Part shown: in pieces, positions 30,619 through 41,592 of the stretch
How positions within the stretch are numbered: the first letter of the stretch is position 1
Layout: each line of letters opens with the position of its first letter
Source of the DNA: a virus
Direction: 5' to 3' (one strand)
DNA length: 64,000 bases
IMG/VR virus record: IMGVR_UViG_3300035181_002344
The notes under the pieces: generated by a model
The model's database searches: none
The model's input: the letters and a program-made list of their open reading frames with translations, nothing else
What the model was told of the DNA's origin: nothing
Program-made: the position numbers and the translations under genes

Positions 30619-30623
30619 ACGAC

Positions 30624-31205
30624 ATGTATTCAGAGAATTTTATATCGACAACATTAAAAGAATTTGCAGATAATTCTAGCATTATTCGTGATGCTATACC
30701 TGCATCTTATGATCCGTTTTTGCAAACAGAAAAAATGCAAAAAGCTAAAACGCATTGCTCTAATGTTCTAAACATGTTATTTTCTTTGCCTTCTGGTGTT
30801 TTGCCAAAAAGTAAACCTAGAAATAATGTAGAGCTCATTTCTCAGTCCAATGTTAATATATTTGACAATATGCGTACAGCTGCAATAGCCTGTCGAAAAA
30901 AAGTGGAAGCCGAAGATGTTGTTCTCGGCATTGTCTTAAATGAAAAATTTATAGATTTGCGACAAAATGCAGGCGTGTTTCAGTCGTATATTGAATCTAG
31001 ACGCATAGCAAATCCAGAACAAGCGACATATGCGCCAATTTCTTATTGGCGTGGTACTCCTACCGCCTTGGGAACAACAATCGTAATCGAATTGCCAGAA
31101 CGTGTTTTAAGCATGTTAGAAAAAGTGGACATACAAAATATGATATCTAAATATGTTGCCGCTGGTATATATCCTGCACTAAGAATTTATAAAGAAAAAA
31201 ATTAG
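30624..31205 (+). CDS. Hypothetical baseplate-associated protein
   Basis: 193 aa; C-terminal TIVIELPE..IQNMISKYVAAGIYP resembles wedge-protein C-termini. Confidence 0.45.
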   Translation: MYSENFISTTLKEFADNSSIIRDAIPASYDPFLQTEKMQKAKTHCSNVLNMLFSLPSGVLPKSKPRNNVELISQSNVNIFDNMRTAAIACRKKVEAEDVVLGIVLNEKFIDLRQNAGVFQSYIESRRIANPEQATYAPISYWRGTPTALGTTIVIELPERVLSMLEKVDIQNMISKYVAAGIYPALRIYKEKN

Positions 31206-31212
31206 GTAATTA

Positions 31213-33210
31213 ATGGACCAATTAAAGAATTTTGTTAAAGTAGCTGTTTCTGGATTCTACGGTGCATCCGATACTATTATTGATCTTAAAACTGGCGAAG
31301 GTGCTAAACTTCCAGATCCAGCAAATGGCGGATACAATCTTGTATGGTATAATGCTTCTGACTTTGGAGATCCTTCAGATGATCCATTTGTAGAAGTTGT
31401 TCGCATTGTTAGTAAAACTAATGATCGAATTACAATTATTCGCAGTCAAGAAGGTACTACTGCAAGTCCTAAAAATAAAGTTGGCAAACAATTTAAGATG
31501 ATTCTTGCTGCTACCGTTAAAGTATTGCACGATATACAAAACGATACTAATGCTACACTTGCCGCAATGGAAGAAAATCTTAATAATACACTTTCTACAA
31601 TGGAGAAAAATATTAATGATCGCCTTGATAGTATGAATGGGAAAACATTAATATTATCTACTCCAACCGATAATACTTTCCAAGATGGATTATTACCATT
31701 TACCAGCAATACTAATATTACCGATGCCGTTGATGAAGTTAATGAAATTCTTTCGGAATTAGCTCCATCAAGACCAGATATTATCGGCGAATTAAATACT
31801 GGTAATCTTTCCTCTGTAGAAGGAAGATTATCTGGCAACCTTACCTCCGATTGGTATCAAAATAATAAAAATGCCGGAGACATCGTTCCATTAATAACCG
31901 GATTTCCATTTTTTATCTATGCAAGTCAACCTGATCGTGGTTTTGGCCCTGGTGATCAAGGCGTTGTCTCTGTTTTAATCAAGAATGGCAATAACGATTT
32001 TACATCTGTTGCATCTATAGATTTGGGTGCTAATTTTGATGAATCATTAAGAAATTCTCAGCAGAATATTTCTGCATGGCCTAATTCTGGCGTATACACT
32101 TTTACTGAAGGTTCTTTGCAAATAGTTTCTGTCAGCAAATATAATAATTTTAAAAAATGGCAACAATGCATTACAAAAACAACGATTACTAGCCTTCTGG
32201 ATGGCTATAATGCTATCAAACTTAATCATAACGGCCAAGACTCTAATGTTTTTTCTATTTGGCAAGAAAATGCTAGCAATAGCCTTTCTATTAGCCAGTT
32301 GACCATTAAAGAAGTAACTGTTGGCACGCATAAATATACATCCGGTATACCACATTATACATCTAATGATATTTTTTCTATTGGCACTAGCATCTCTGGT
32401 TTGTATACTAATGTATTTGCCAAGGATAATATCGCTTCTTTATCATTAAGTGGATGCTCTCCCGTTAATATTCCTGCTACTGTACAAAATAAAGATACTG
32501 TTGTGAATATATTGCAAAATATGACCATTAATCAATCTAATGCTTTTTATTCTCAATTATCTGCAACCGTAACTGCTAAACATCCATTAAGAGCCACTTC
32601 AAATTCTGCTAATTTTAATAGTGCAGGAGCCTTCGTTTCAACATATGGCAATATGTCAACTGATAAAGCAGAGTATTTTTACGATGAAAATAGAAGACTT
32701 CCGATCGGAAATTATTTATCTGCACCTGCTAACATTATTGGTCAATGGAATTCTACCAATTTATTAACAAGCGGTAATGCTTTGGTTTTGGGTGGAAGCT
32801 TAAAATTTGCAAAAGATAATTATTCGTCATATAAGCCAGATGGATGTCCAAATTATACTTCTCTTGCCACAGATGCTCAACAACTATATTTGCGCGCCTT
32901 TAAAGATACAGTTCCGCATTCTAATGTTTCTTTAACCGTTGGTAATTTGGCATTTTCTAGCATGCCATCAAAAATTAAAATAGAAGTTAAACTTCCTGGG
33001 GTTACTGGATGGTTGGATGCATCTAAGCCATTTTCTGCATATTCATTTTCTGGCATTGATGGTGATGGCTGTTTGGTTACCAACTCTGGAAATATATTAA
33101 ATTTAACATTTGGAACGTTTTCTACATATTCTTCTGGTAGTATGATTATTGTGCGGGTAACGTTGATTGATAAAAATATTTCTATTAATTCTCTATTAGT
33201 TAATTGGTGA
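31213..33210 (+). CDS. Putative tail fibre/fibre-attachment protein
   Basis: 665 aa. N-terminal DTIIDLKTGEGAKLP..VEVVRIVSK..ITIIRSQEGT module, a short coiled coil, then a beta-rich Ser/Asn/Thr region. Confidence 0.55.
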   Translation: MDQLKNFVKVAVSGFYGASDTIIDLKTGEGAKLPDPANGGYNLVWYNASDFGDPSDDPFVEVVRIVSKTNDRITIIRSQEGTTASPKNKVGKQFKMILAATVKVLHDIQNDTNATLAAMEENLNNTLSTMEKNINDRLDSMNGKTLILSTPTDNTFQDGLLPFTSNTNITDAVDEVNEILSELAPSRPDIIGELNTGNLSSVEGRLSGNLTSDWYQNNKNAGDIVPLITGFPFFIYASQPDRGFGPGDQGVVSVLIKNGNNDFTSVASIDLGANFDESLRNSQQNISAWPNSGVYTFTEGSLQIVSVSKYNNFKKWQQCITKTTITSLLDGYNAIKLNHNGQDSNVFSIWQENASNSLSISQLTIKEVTVGTHKYTSGIPHYTSNDIFSIGTSISGLYTNVFAKDNIASLSLSGCSPVNIPATVQNKDTVVNILQNMTINQSNAFYSQLSATVTAKHPLRATSNSANFNSAGAFVSTYGNMSTDKAEYFYDENRRLPIGNYLSAPANIIGQWNSTNLLTSGNALVLGGSLKFAKDNYSSYKPDGCPNYTSLATDAQQLYLRAFKDTVPHSNVSLTVGNLAFSSMPSKIKIEVKLPGVTGWLDASKPFSAYSFSGIDGDGCLVTNSGNILNLTFGTFSTYSSGSMIIVRVTLIDKNISINSLLVNW

Positions 33211-33214
33211 TTAA

Positions 33215-34666
33215 ATGGCAGATAAATTAGATTTTGTCTTTAAAAAAACGCTCAATCGTACATATTCTTCTAATGCTAAGAACTGGTTTGAAGAATTACC
33301 TGCCGGTACATTACGTTTACGTGCAGATGCTATTTATACAGAAGAAATACCATCAACTCCTCCTGCAGATACAACTGCGATTATACAAAAGTTTAGCAAA
33401 CAAGCTTTAATTAAAGATAATACAGTTGCATATAACCGAGGGTGGTATTTTGATTATCCTGCTGGATATAGAATCACAGATCTTATAACACCAAATTATG
33501 GAACTGGATACACTGTTCGTGTTTATGATGGAGATTATAAGGAAATACCCACGACAGATCCATCTGGTTGGATTTTTGATTATGAAAATGCATATTTAGC
33601 CTTTGATAACAACCCTGCTTCTTATGGTTGGAATGCCAATGCCTTCTATGTTGATGTTTATAGATATATTGGTAAGACGCTTTATGATTTCTTGCTTTCA
33701 TATACTTCTGATTTAGCTACTAAAATCGATAATAGCAAAGTAGGAATTGCTGGTGGTGTGGCACCTTTGAATGCTGATGGAATCATTCCTCCACAATATA
33801 TGCCACCATTAGCTATTACAGATGTTTTTGTTGTTAATAATTTAGCTGAGATGTTAGATATTCCTGCGCAAAAAGGTGATATAGCGATTCGAACAGATAT
33901 ACGTACAAATTTTATTCTTAAACAAGAACCAGCTTCTGTAGAAGCTAACTGGCAACAGTTATTGATTCCCGATTTCTCCGATTCCAATAATATTCATTAT
34001 ACCACTCCAGAAAATACCGCTCTACACACTGTTCGCGATGCTCTTGATTCTTTAGTTTATAAATCTCCAGTCGTTACATCATTTACAGCTAATCCATCTG
34101 TTATACAAACGGGTTTTGCTGCGACAAATGTTCAATTTTCGTGGACATTAAACAAAACAAATATTACAAATCAAATATTAACATATACAAATCCATCTTC
34201 TGGCAGTGCAATCTCTGTATCGTTAACATCAAATGCAAGATCATACAATTGGACGGAAAAAGCCGTAGATAATGATGCTATATTTTCATTAACAATACAA
34301 GATGGATCGAATTCTGTCGTTAAAACATTAACCATCCCTAAATTATCAAAAATATATGCTGGAACAAGCTCTTCTCTTGTCATAGATGGATCAGTTGTAC
34401 CAAATTTTGCAAATAAATCATATTTATCAACCTTGGTTGATTATGAGGCAATTTTTGATTGTTCTGGCGGCCAATATATTTATATATGTTTTCCTATAAC
34501 AGCCGGACAGCCAGCAAAAGTCTTTGTTAATGGTCATTTAAATTCTGCGTGGAATTATTTGCAATTAAATGTTACTAACGAAGTTGGTTATTCTGAAGAT
34601 TATTATGTAATGCGTTCGCAATATAAACAATATGGAAATAATATTAAAGTAAGGTTTGAAGCATGA
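33215..34666 (+). CDS. Tail fibre adaptor protein
   Basis: 483 aa. GVAPLNADGIIPPQYMP..AQKGDIAIRTD fibre motif; C-terminal domain shared with the next gene. Confidence 0.6.
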   Translation: MADKLDFVFKKTLNRTYSSNAKNWFEELPAGTLRLRADAIYTEEIPSTPPADTTAIIQKFSKQALIKDNTVAYNRGWYFDYPAGYRITDLITPNYGTGYTVRVYDGDYKEIPTTDPSGWIFDYENAYLAFDNNPASYGWNANAFYVDVYRYIGKTLYDFLLSYTSDLATKIDNSKVGIAGGVAPLNADGIIPPQYMPPLAITDVFVVNNLAEMLDIPAQKGDIAIRTDIRTNFILKQEPASVEANWQQLLIPDFSDSNNIHYTTPENTALHTVRDALDSLVYKSPVVTSFTANPSVIQTGFAATNVQFSWTLNKTNITNQILTYTNPSSGSAISVSLTSNARSYNWTEKAVDNDAIFSLTIQDGSNSVVKTLTIPKLSKIYAGTSSSLVIDGSVVPNFANKSYLSTLVDYEAIFDCSGGQYIYICFPITAGQPAKVFVNGHLNSAWNYLQLNVTNEVGYSEDYYVMRSQYKQYGNNIKVRFEA

Positions 34667-37600
34667 AAAACTACGGAACATTAATCAACGCCCCTATTCG
34701 CCCTAATGATAATGCAGATTCTTATCCTGTTGCATTGTCTAATGAAATCCAAGGCGGAGTTCATCTTGTAAATACCGTTACTGATCGAGATAATATTCCG
34801 TCGGAACGTCGTCAAGAAGGAATGCTTGTTTTTGTTTCCACTGATCAAAAAACATTTCAGCTATTTGGCGGGGTTACGAACGATCATTGGATTGAAGTTG
34901 ATTTTGGAAATAGTGCAAAATTAGCGTTTCAATTAAATTCTGTTCCATATCCAGAAACAACAACATTAAATATACAAGGAGCTGGTGCTAGTGCCTTATA
35001 TGATGTTGGTACTAAAAAATTTACATTACTTATTCCTGGGATGAATACTTGGAGAGGCGCCTGGGCTGAAAATACACCTTATGCGCTAAATGATTTAGTT
35101 CATTATAATGGTAATGTTTATATTGCAACACAAGCACATACATCAACTTCAACAACTCCAGATCAAGATATAAACAAATGGGATACATTTGCTTCTCGTG
35201 GAAGCGTTGGCATAACATGGAAAGGAACTTGGGACGGCGGCACTTATAAATTATATGATGCAGTAACTTATAATGGCAGCACATATATTTGTATATTAGA
35301 GCACACAAATATTGTTCCTACAAACGAAGCATATTGGAATTTATTAGTAAGCAAAGGAGACACCGGACCACAAGGACCAGTTGGGCCACAAGGACCTCCA
35401 GGAATTTATACACTTACATATGCAGGTCATTGGAGCGCGGCAGTAACTTATAGTGTAAATAACTTTGTTTCTTATGATGGCGCTCTATGGTTTTGTAATA
35501 CTAACAATCAGGGTAATAATGTCCCTGGTGTTTCCCCATTTTGGGATTTGATGGTCGGTAAAGGTGATCCGCCTGCACACGAATGGAATCCGCCTAGTAT
35601 TCGTTTTCAAAATCCAGATGGCACTTGGGGTCCATATGTGAACATTCAGGGTACAAAAGGGATGGTATGGAGAGGCGACTGGAGTGATAGTACGGATTAT
35701 CCAGTTGATAGCGTTGTTTATTATAATGGGTCATCTTATATTTTAACAGATACAATTATAGCTGGCGAGTATCCTAAAGAGCCAAGTAAAAATAGTAAAT
35801 GGCAACAAGTTGTCGAAAAAGGTGATGTAGGAATCACTTATCGCGGAGTTTGGAATTCGCAAACTACTTATTATCGTGGAGATATGGTTTTTTATGAAGG
35901 CAGTGTATATATGTATATATATGCAACGCCTGGCATAACTTCAGAGCCTACAGATATTAGTCAAACACCTCAATGGCAATTGGTTATTAATGGAATACAA
36001 TATAGAGGTACTTTTGATTCAAATAATACTTATTATCCGTATCAAATGGTATCTTATGATGGACGTACATATATACTAAATCAAACAACTCCTTTTTATC
36101 CAACTTCAAACCAGTATGCTTATCCAGGATATTATGCAAACTGGGTTAGAGTCACTCCAGATTCATTTGTATATAGAGGAAATTGGGTCAGTGGTCAAAA
36201 ATATTATTACTTTGATATTGTTAAATTTAAAAATTGTTATTATTTATATCAAAATTTAAATCCTAAATATTCTTCGATTGATCCTCCAAAAGATTCTGAT
36301 TGGGCTCTTTGGCAAATAACATTATCTTTTAAGGGAGATTGGTCGGCAGTTACTACGTATTATTTAGGTGATGTTGTAAAATATGAAGGCGCTGCTTATA
36401 TATGTAATGTCGGCCAAGGAATAGTTCCTCCAACAGATCCTGCAAAAAATCCTGTAATACCTGGTACAGATGATTCTTATACTAAAATTGTCGACAAAGG
36501 TGATACTGGTCCTCAAGGACCTCCAGGAGTGGGTTTAACCGCTTCTTATGATTCTTACGATCCACGGATAACCTATCCGCCTCTTACATTAGTACGCCAC
36601 AATGGTAAGCAATGGTATACTAAAATAGAAACCACAGGTATTGAACCTGCCGAAGGTCCTAATTGGGGATTATTTACAGATAGCGGTCCTCAGGGTATTC
36701 AGGGACCTCCTGGACCAAAAGGTATGACATGGAAGGGCGCTTGGAATGCAGCGATACAATATAGCATTGCTGATGCTGTTGGTTATGAAGGTAATATATA
36801 TTATGCGTTAACAACAAATACTAATAAAATTCCGACCACATCACCTAATGATTGGGATTTATTTGTTCAGCGTGGAGAAAAAGGTCTTCCACTTGTTTAC
36901 CGTGGTCAATGGTCTAAGACTACTTTATATTTAAAAGATGATACTGTTCATTATAATGGCAATATTTATATTGCTTTAAGAGATAATACAAATGTAACTC
37001 CTGGTAGTTCTGCTGCCGATTGGGAAGTATTTGTTTCAAAAGGCGATCAAGGTCCGATAGGACCTCCAGGACCTCAAGGTTCTCAGGGTGAACAGGGACC
37101 TCCAGGAATTAATCTATTTCCATTTGGCCAATGGGACATAAATACAACGTATGAACCTGGGGCGCTTGTTTCTTGGGATGGTTCTACTTGGGAATGTATA
37201 GCAACAAATATGGGTATCACTCCTGGATTACAACCGCAATATTGGAGATTATTTGTATCAAAAGGCGACCCTGGCTTACAATGGAAAGGAACTTATTCAG
37301 GAAGTACCCAATATTATAAAAGAGATGTTGTCTATAGAAGTGGGGCCTCATATATATGCTTAATGGATGGTGTTATTAGCAAAGATCCATCGTATCCTCC
37401 TTATCAGGGTCTCTATTGGGATATTTTTACAGTGGCTGTTAAGGGTGACAAAGGAGATCAAGGAGAGCGGGGACCTGCAGGGGTTGGTTTGACATATTTG
37501 GGCGACTATGATCCAACAGAATCTTATCCAACAAATGTATTAGTATCTTATCAGGGAAATACATATTATTCTATATTGGCAAGTTATGGCAAAACACCAT

Positions 37601-39732
37601 CCACCAATCCGACATATTGGAAGTTATTTGTTATTAAAGGTGAAGTTGGTCCAGCTGGACCTCCAGGACCCGCTGGTCCACAAGGCCCTCAAGGCTTGCC
37701 TGGAAGCGGCTTAATATATGCTGGTCAATATAGTAGTTCGGAACTTTATGCATTAAATACCTTGGTTGGTTATAATAATAAAGTTTGGCGATCAAAAACT
37801 TCGACTCAAGGTAATGCGCCAACAGAAGGTTCTCCTTTTTGGGAATTATTCTTAACCGGAGAACCGGGTCCGCAAGGAAATCCAGGACCACAAGGTGCAC
37901 CTGGAACTGGTGTAACGTTTTTTGGCAATTGGGCAGATTCAACAAATTATCCGCAATATGCTATTGTTGTTAAAAATGATATAGTTTATATTGCCACCCA
38001 ATCGCATACATCTTCTAGCACAAATGCACCTGATGTAAATGTTGATTATTGGGCTATTATATCTAAACCAGGCCCGCAAGGGCTTAAAGGCGATACTGGA
38101 GAAGCTGGTCCTATGGGACCACAAGGACCAAGAGGTTTTTCTGGTGCTTCACTAAATTTTGCTGGGACATGGTCTGCCGAAGAAGCTTATTCAGTGAATG
38201 ACTTAGTTGCCTATGAAGGTTCAACATGGGTTTGTTTACAACCTAATTCTAATATTATACCAAGAGAAGGCACATATTGGACTGTATTTGTTAAACGTGG
38301 TCCAATGGGACCGCAAGGATATACTGGACCTCAAGGGCCAAAAGGCGATCCTGGTGGCTCATTTTTGTTTGCGGGTACATGGGACGGCACTATAAGTTAT
38401 CCTAAAGATACACTTGTTACTTATAATGGAAGTGCTTATGTGTCTTTGCAGGCTTCTGCAAATAAAAGCCCAGAATCTAATCCAACATATTGGATAAAAA
38501 TAGTTGCCAAAGGTGATAAAGGCGACAAAGGAGATCGAGGTGAAACTGGTCCGCAAGGTCCCCAAGGATTCACTGGTCCGCAAGGACCTAAGGGAGATAG
38601 GGGTCTTCCGGGTGCAGGATTAATTCCACTTGGAACGTGGGATTCTTTAACAACTTATGGCAAATGGTCTTTAGTCACTTATAATGGCAGTTCTTATTAT
38701 GCTAATGTAGATAATCAAAATGTTATCCCTTCATCTAATTCTTTTGTATGGACCTTATTTGCTTCAAAAGGTGATCAAGGAGTACAAGGCATTCAAGGTC
38801 CACAAGGGCCTGTCGGGCCTGAAGGGCCTGTTGGTCCACAAGGACTTCAGGGTGTACCTGGTATGGTATATAAAGGCACTTGGTCTAGTACGACCCCATA
38901 TGCAAATGGTGATGTTGTTTTTTATAATGGCAATTCTTTTATATGCGTGCAAGCTAATAATAATCAAATTCCTCAAGAAGGATCAACTTATTGGTCGTTT
39001 TTATCAAAACGCAGTGTATATAATTTCCATGCTGGTGCTGGAATTACTATTCAGCAGAACGATCCCGATGTAACAATAACCAATACTATTGATTCGGCAC
39101 AAGAAATAGTTTATCAAAATACAGATTATCCCACGTTTGGTAGTGTAAAAGATGCATTGGATAAATTATTATATGCACCCGTTAAAATCACATCTTTTAC
39201 TGGCGGAGCTACCTATGAAAAAGGCATAACTGTCGTATCAATCGTGCTCGATTGGACAATAAATAGACCAATAACAAGTCAAAACATCAATGGTACATCT
39301 TATGCTGTTGATGTTAGACATGCTCCTATAAGTGGATTATCTTTAACAACAGATACAACATTTACATTGACCGCAACAGATAATGTAAGTACAGACACCG
39401 CTCAGATACAAATACTCCTTAGAAATAAAAGATATTGGGGCGTTTCTTCTTCAGCCTCATTAACCGATGCTCAGATTATAGCTTTAAATTCAGAATTTGC
39501 AACAGATAGAATACAGACAAGAGTTTTTGATTGTACGGGCGGGCAATATTTTTATATTATTTATCCTTCTGCATGGGGTGCGGCAACTTTTAAGGTCGGC
39601 GGAATGATTCAAACTGATTTCTTACTTACTACCCGCTCTTTTACCAATGCTAGTGGCTGGACAGAAAGTTATAATATATACCGTATTTATAATTTGCAAC
39701 ACGGTAGTAAAATTCAAGTGGAGGTTTCATAA
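34663..39732 (+). CDS. Long fibre with collagen-like G-X-Y stretches and about 20 CBM5/12-like aromatic repeats
   Basis: 1689 aa; repeats of type WKGTW...Y..D.V.YNGS.Y....W alternate with GPQGPQGP tracts. Confidence 0.85.
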   Translation: MKNYGTLINAPIRPNDNADSYPVALSNEIQGGVHLVNTVTDRDNIPSERRQEGMLVFVSTDQKTFQLFGGVTNDHWIEVDFGNSAKLAFQLNSVPYPETTTLNIQGAGASALYDVGTKKFTLLIPGMNTWRGAWAENTPYALNDLVHYNGNVYIATQAHTSTSTTPDQDINKWDTFASRGSVGITWKGTWDGGTYKLYDAVTYNGSTYICILEHTNIVPTNEAYWNLLVSKGDTGPQGPVGPQGPPGIYTLTYAGHWSAAVTYSVNNFVSYDGALWFCNTNNQGNNVPGVSPFWDLMVGKGDPPAHEWNPPSIRFQNPDGTWGPYVNIQGTKGMVWRGDWSDSTDYPVDSVVYYNGSSYILTDTIIAGEYPKEPSKNSKWQQVVEKGDVGITYRGVWNSQTTYYRGDMVFYEGSVYMYIYATPGITSEPTDISQTPQWQLVINGIQYRGTFDSNNTYYPYQMVSYDGRTYILNQTTPFYPTSNQYAYPGYYANWVRVTPDSFVYRGNWVSGQKYYYFDIVKFKNCYYLYQNLNPKYSSIDPPKDSDWALWQITLSFKGDWSAVTTYYLGDVVKYEGAAYICNVGQGIVPPTDPAKNPVIPGTDDSYTKIVDKGDTGPQGPPGVGLTASYDSYDPRITYPPLTLVRHNGKQWYTKIETTGIEPAEGPNWGLFTDSGPQGIQGPPGPKGMTWKGAWNAAIQYSIADAVGYEGNIYYALTTNTNKIPTTSPNDWDLFVQRGEKGLPLVYRGQWSKTTLYLKDDTVHYNGNIYIALRDNTNVTPGSSAADWEVFVSKGDQGPIGPPGPQGSQGEQGPPGINLFPFGQWDINTTYEPGALVSWDGSTWECIATNMGITPGLQPQYWRLFVSKGDPGLQWKGTYSGSTQYYKRDVVYRSGASYICLMDGVISKDPSYPPYQGLYWDIFTVAVKGDKGDQGERGPAGVGLTYLGDYDPTESYPTNVLVSYQGNTYYSILASYGKTPSTNPTYWKLFVIKGEVGPAGPPGPAGPQGPQGLPGSGLIYAGQYSSSELYALNTLVGYNNKVWRSKTSTQGNAPTEGSPFWELFLTGEPGPQGNPGPQGAPGTGVTFFGNWADSTNYPQYAIVVKNDIVYIATQSHTSSSTNAPDVNVDYWAIISKPGPQGLKGDTGEAGPMGPQGPRGFSGASLNFAGTWSAEEAYSVNDLVAYEGSTWVCLQPNSNIIPREGTYWTVFVKRGPMGPQGYTGPQGPKGDPGGSFLFAGTWDGTISYPKDTLVTYNGSAYVSLQASANKSPESNPTYWIKIVAKGDKGDKGDRGETGPQGPQGFTGPQGPKGDRGLPGAGLIPLGTWDSLTTYGKWSLVTYNGSSYYANVDNQNVIPSSNSFVWTLFASKGDQGVQGIQGPQGPVGPEGPVGPQGLQGVPGMVYKGTWSSTTPYANGDVVFYNGNSFICVQANNNQIPQEGSTYWSFLSKRSVYNFHAGAGITIQQNDPDVTITNTIDSAQEIVYQNTDYPTFGSVKDALDKLLYAPVKITSFTGGATYEKGITVVSIVLDWTINRPITSQNINGTSYAVDVRHAPISGLSLTTDTTFTLTATDNVSTDTAQIQILLRNKRYWGVSSSASLTDAQIIALNSEFATDRIQTRVFDCTGGQYFYIIYPSAWGAATFKVGGMIQTDFLLTTRSFTNASGWTESYNIYRIYNLQHGSKIQVEVS

Positions 39733-41576
39733 TGGATTATGCAGGTACAAATATACCATCTTCTATTCTTCCCTATTCATCAGATGATACTTATCCAACA
39801 CATATAGATACATTTGGCAAAGGTGGATATCGCACTGTTGCTACTTCTACAGATAGAGATGCTATACCCGCTGATCGTAGATCAGAGGGTATGTTAGTTT
39901 ATGTAATTGGTGACGGTTTAGTTTATCAACTTAAAGGCGGTACCACAAATGACAAATGGCAAATATTAACTCTTAACAGCGGCAACAATAATATTAAATT
40001 TATTAATTTAACTGATGTACCAGCCGCTTATACTAATGCAGCTAGTAATTTTGTAAAAGTAAAAGCCGATGCTACGGGATTAGAATTTGTTGATGGATTA
40101 AAAACTGCTGAAATGATTGCTAATGCGAATCATCCAGATTATAAGAGTGATCGTGGTATATTATATTATAAAGCTCAATTATCACCAACAAATACTTATA
40201 CAGAGGGAATTGATAATCAAGTATTGTTATGGATGAATGCCGAAGAATTAGGAAGTTCAGGCCCTATAGATAGGACATCTGTTATTTATGGGACGGCCAG
40301 ACATACCATAACTCCAGGTTCGTCACTTCAATCTGCTACGGATAACTTTGGTGGAAAGGCTTATAATACTACTACTGGGGCTTATCAATTAGTTGTAAAT
40401 GGAAATATTGATGATTGGAATTACGCAAATAAAGCAGAATGGACTATAGATTTTTGGGGTAATAGTGGTTCTGATGGTGTGACTTTTTTAAATGTCGATA
40501 GTTTGTTTTATATAGGTACAGGTTACCAAAATAATAAATTATCCTTTTACGAAACGGTTTCTTCTAATTTGACTCTTCGTGATTCTTGTTCTTTTTCATC
40601 TAGTACATGGATTCATGTTGCTATTGAAAAATATAATGGTTCAATTAGGCTTTATATTAATGGTGTTGCAAGAAATTCAGTTACTTCTTTGTTGCCAGCC
40701 AATGCTACAAGCGGTCCATTATCAATGCTTGCTGGTCATGGATCTATAGATGATCTTCGTATATCAAATGTTGCACGTTACAAAGGTTCAAATTTTACTC
40801 CTAGAACTGCTCCTTATGCTTATAGAGCGGTTTCTTCTGATATTGATACTAGTTTGTATTTCAAAACCAAAGATAATGTAAGATATAATTTACTTGATAA
40901 ATTATATGCCAATAAAACTATAAATTTTTTACCAACTGATGGAATTAATACTATCAATACATTATTAGGTAGTGTCCCCAGAGATCTTAATGCCTATACA
41001 TTAACCTTACAATTTGGAGATGGTAATTATAATTTTTATGCAGGTTCATTACAGATAGGCGGGTTTAAAAATGGTACAATTTTAATACTGGGCGATACTT
41101 CGGAAACTACCGACCTACATACAAACCAAGGAGTAGTCTTTAACTGGAGTAATCTTGTAGCTAATCAAGGTGGATTATATATTTGTCAAAATTTTGGATG
41201 TATAATATCGGTTAATAGAATCAAATTTCAATCAACCACACCAGCGAGTGAGGCTAGGGTGTTATTTCTAGATAGAAATCCTGGATCTCAATTTGATATA
41301 TATGCAAATTATTTTGTCGACAGTACTGCAAATAGTAGACTCCTTGCTTGTTCGCATGTTGACCATGTAAACGCATTTAATAATTATTTTACCGCTGGGG
41401 TTGCTGCTATCACATCTTATAATATGTCGACGGTTTTTTCAACTTCAAATTATACGACTGGAACTAGTCCATCTATTGGGCTGAATGCTTTATCTGGTGG
41501 GACGATTATTAAAAATGGAGCCCAGCCAAGTGGTTCTACAGCAGAGTCAACGGTTTCTGGTGGAGTAATTAGATAA
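39732..41576 (+). CDS. Distal fibre/receptor-binding protein with LamG (ConA-like) domain
   Basis: WTIDFW..WIHVAIEKYNGSIRLYING..GSIDDLRISNVARY; beta-helix-like C-terminus; N-terminus shared with 34663. Confidence 0.72.
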   Translation: MDYAGTNIPSSILPYSSDDTYPTHIDTFGKGGYRTVATSTDRDAIPADRRSEGMLVYVIGDGLVYQLKGGTTNDKWQILTLNSGNNNIKFINLTDVPAAYTNAASNFVKVKADATGLEFVDGLKTAEMIANANHPDYKSDRGILYYKAQLSPTNTYTEGIDNQVLLWMNAEELGSSGPIDRTSVIYGTARHTITPGSSLQSATDNFGGKAYNTTTGAYQLVVNGNIDDWNYANKAEWTIDFWGNSGSDGVTFLNVDSLFYIGTGYQNNKLSFYETVSSNLTLRDSCSFSSSTWIHVAIEKYNGSIRLYINGVARNSVTSLLPANATSGPLSMLAGHGSIDDLRISNVARYKGSNFTPRTAPYAYRAVSSDIDTSLYFKTKDNVRYNLLDKLYANKTINFLPTDGINTINTLLGSVPRDLNAYTLTLQFGDGNYNFYAGSLQIGGFKNGTILILGDTSETTDLHTNQGVVFNWSNLVANQGGLYICQNFGCIISVNRIKFQSTTPASEARVLFLDRNPGSQFDIYANYFVDSTANSRLLACSHVDHVNAFNNYFTAGVAAITSYNMSTVFSTSNYTTGTSPSIGLNALSGGTIIKNGAQPSGSTAESTVSGGVIR

Positions 41577-41592
41577 AATTAGGAGTGGATTT

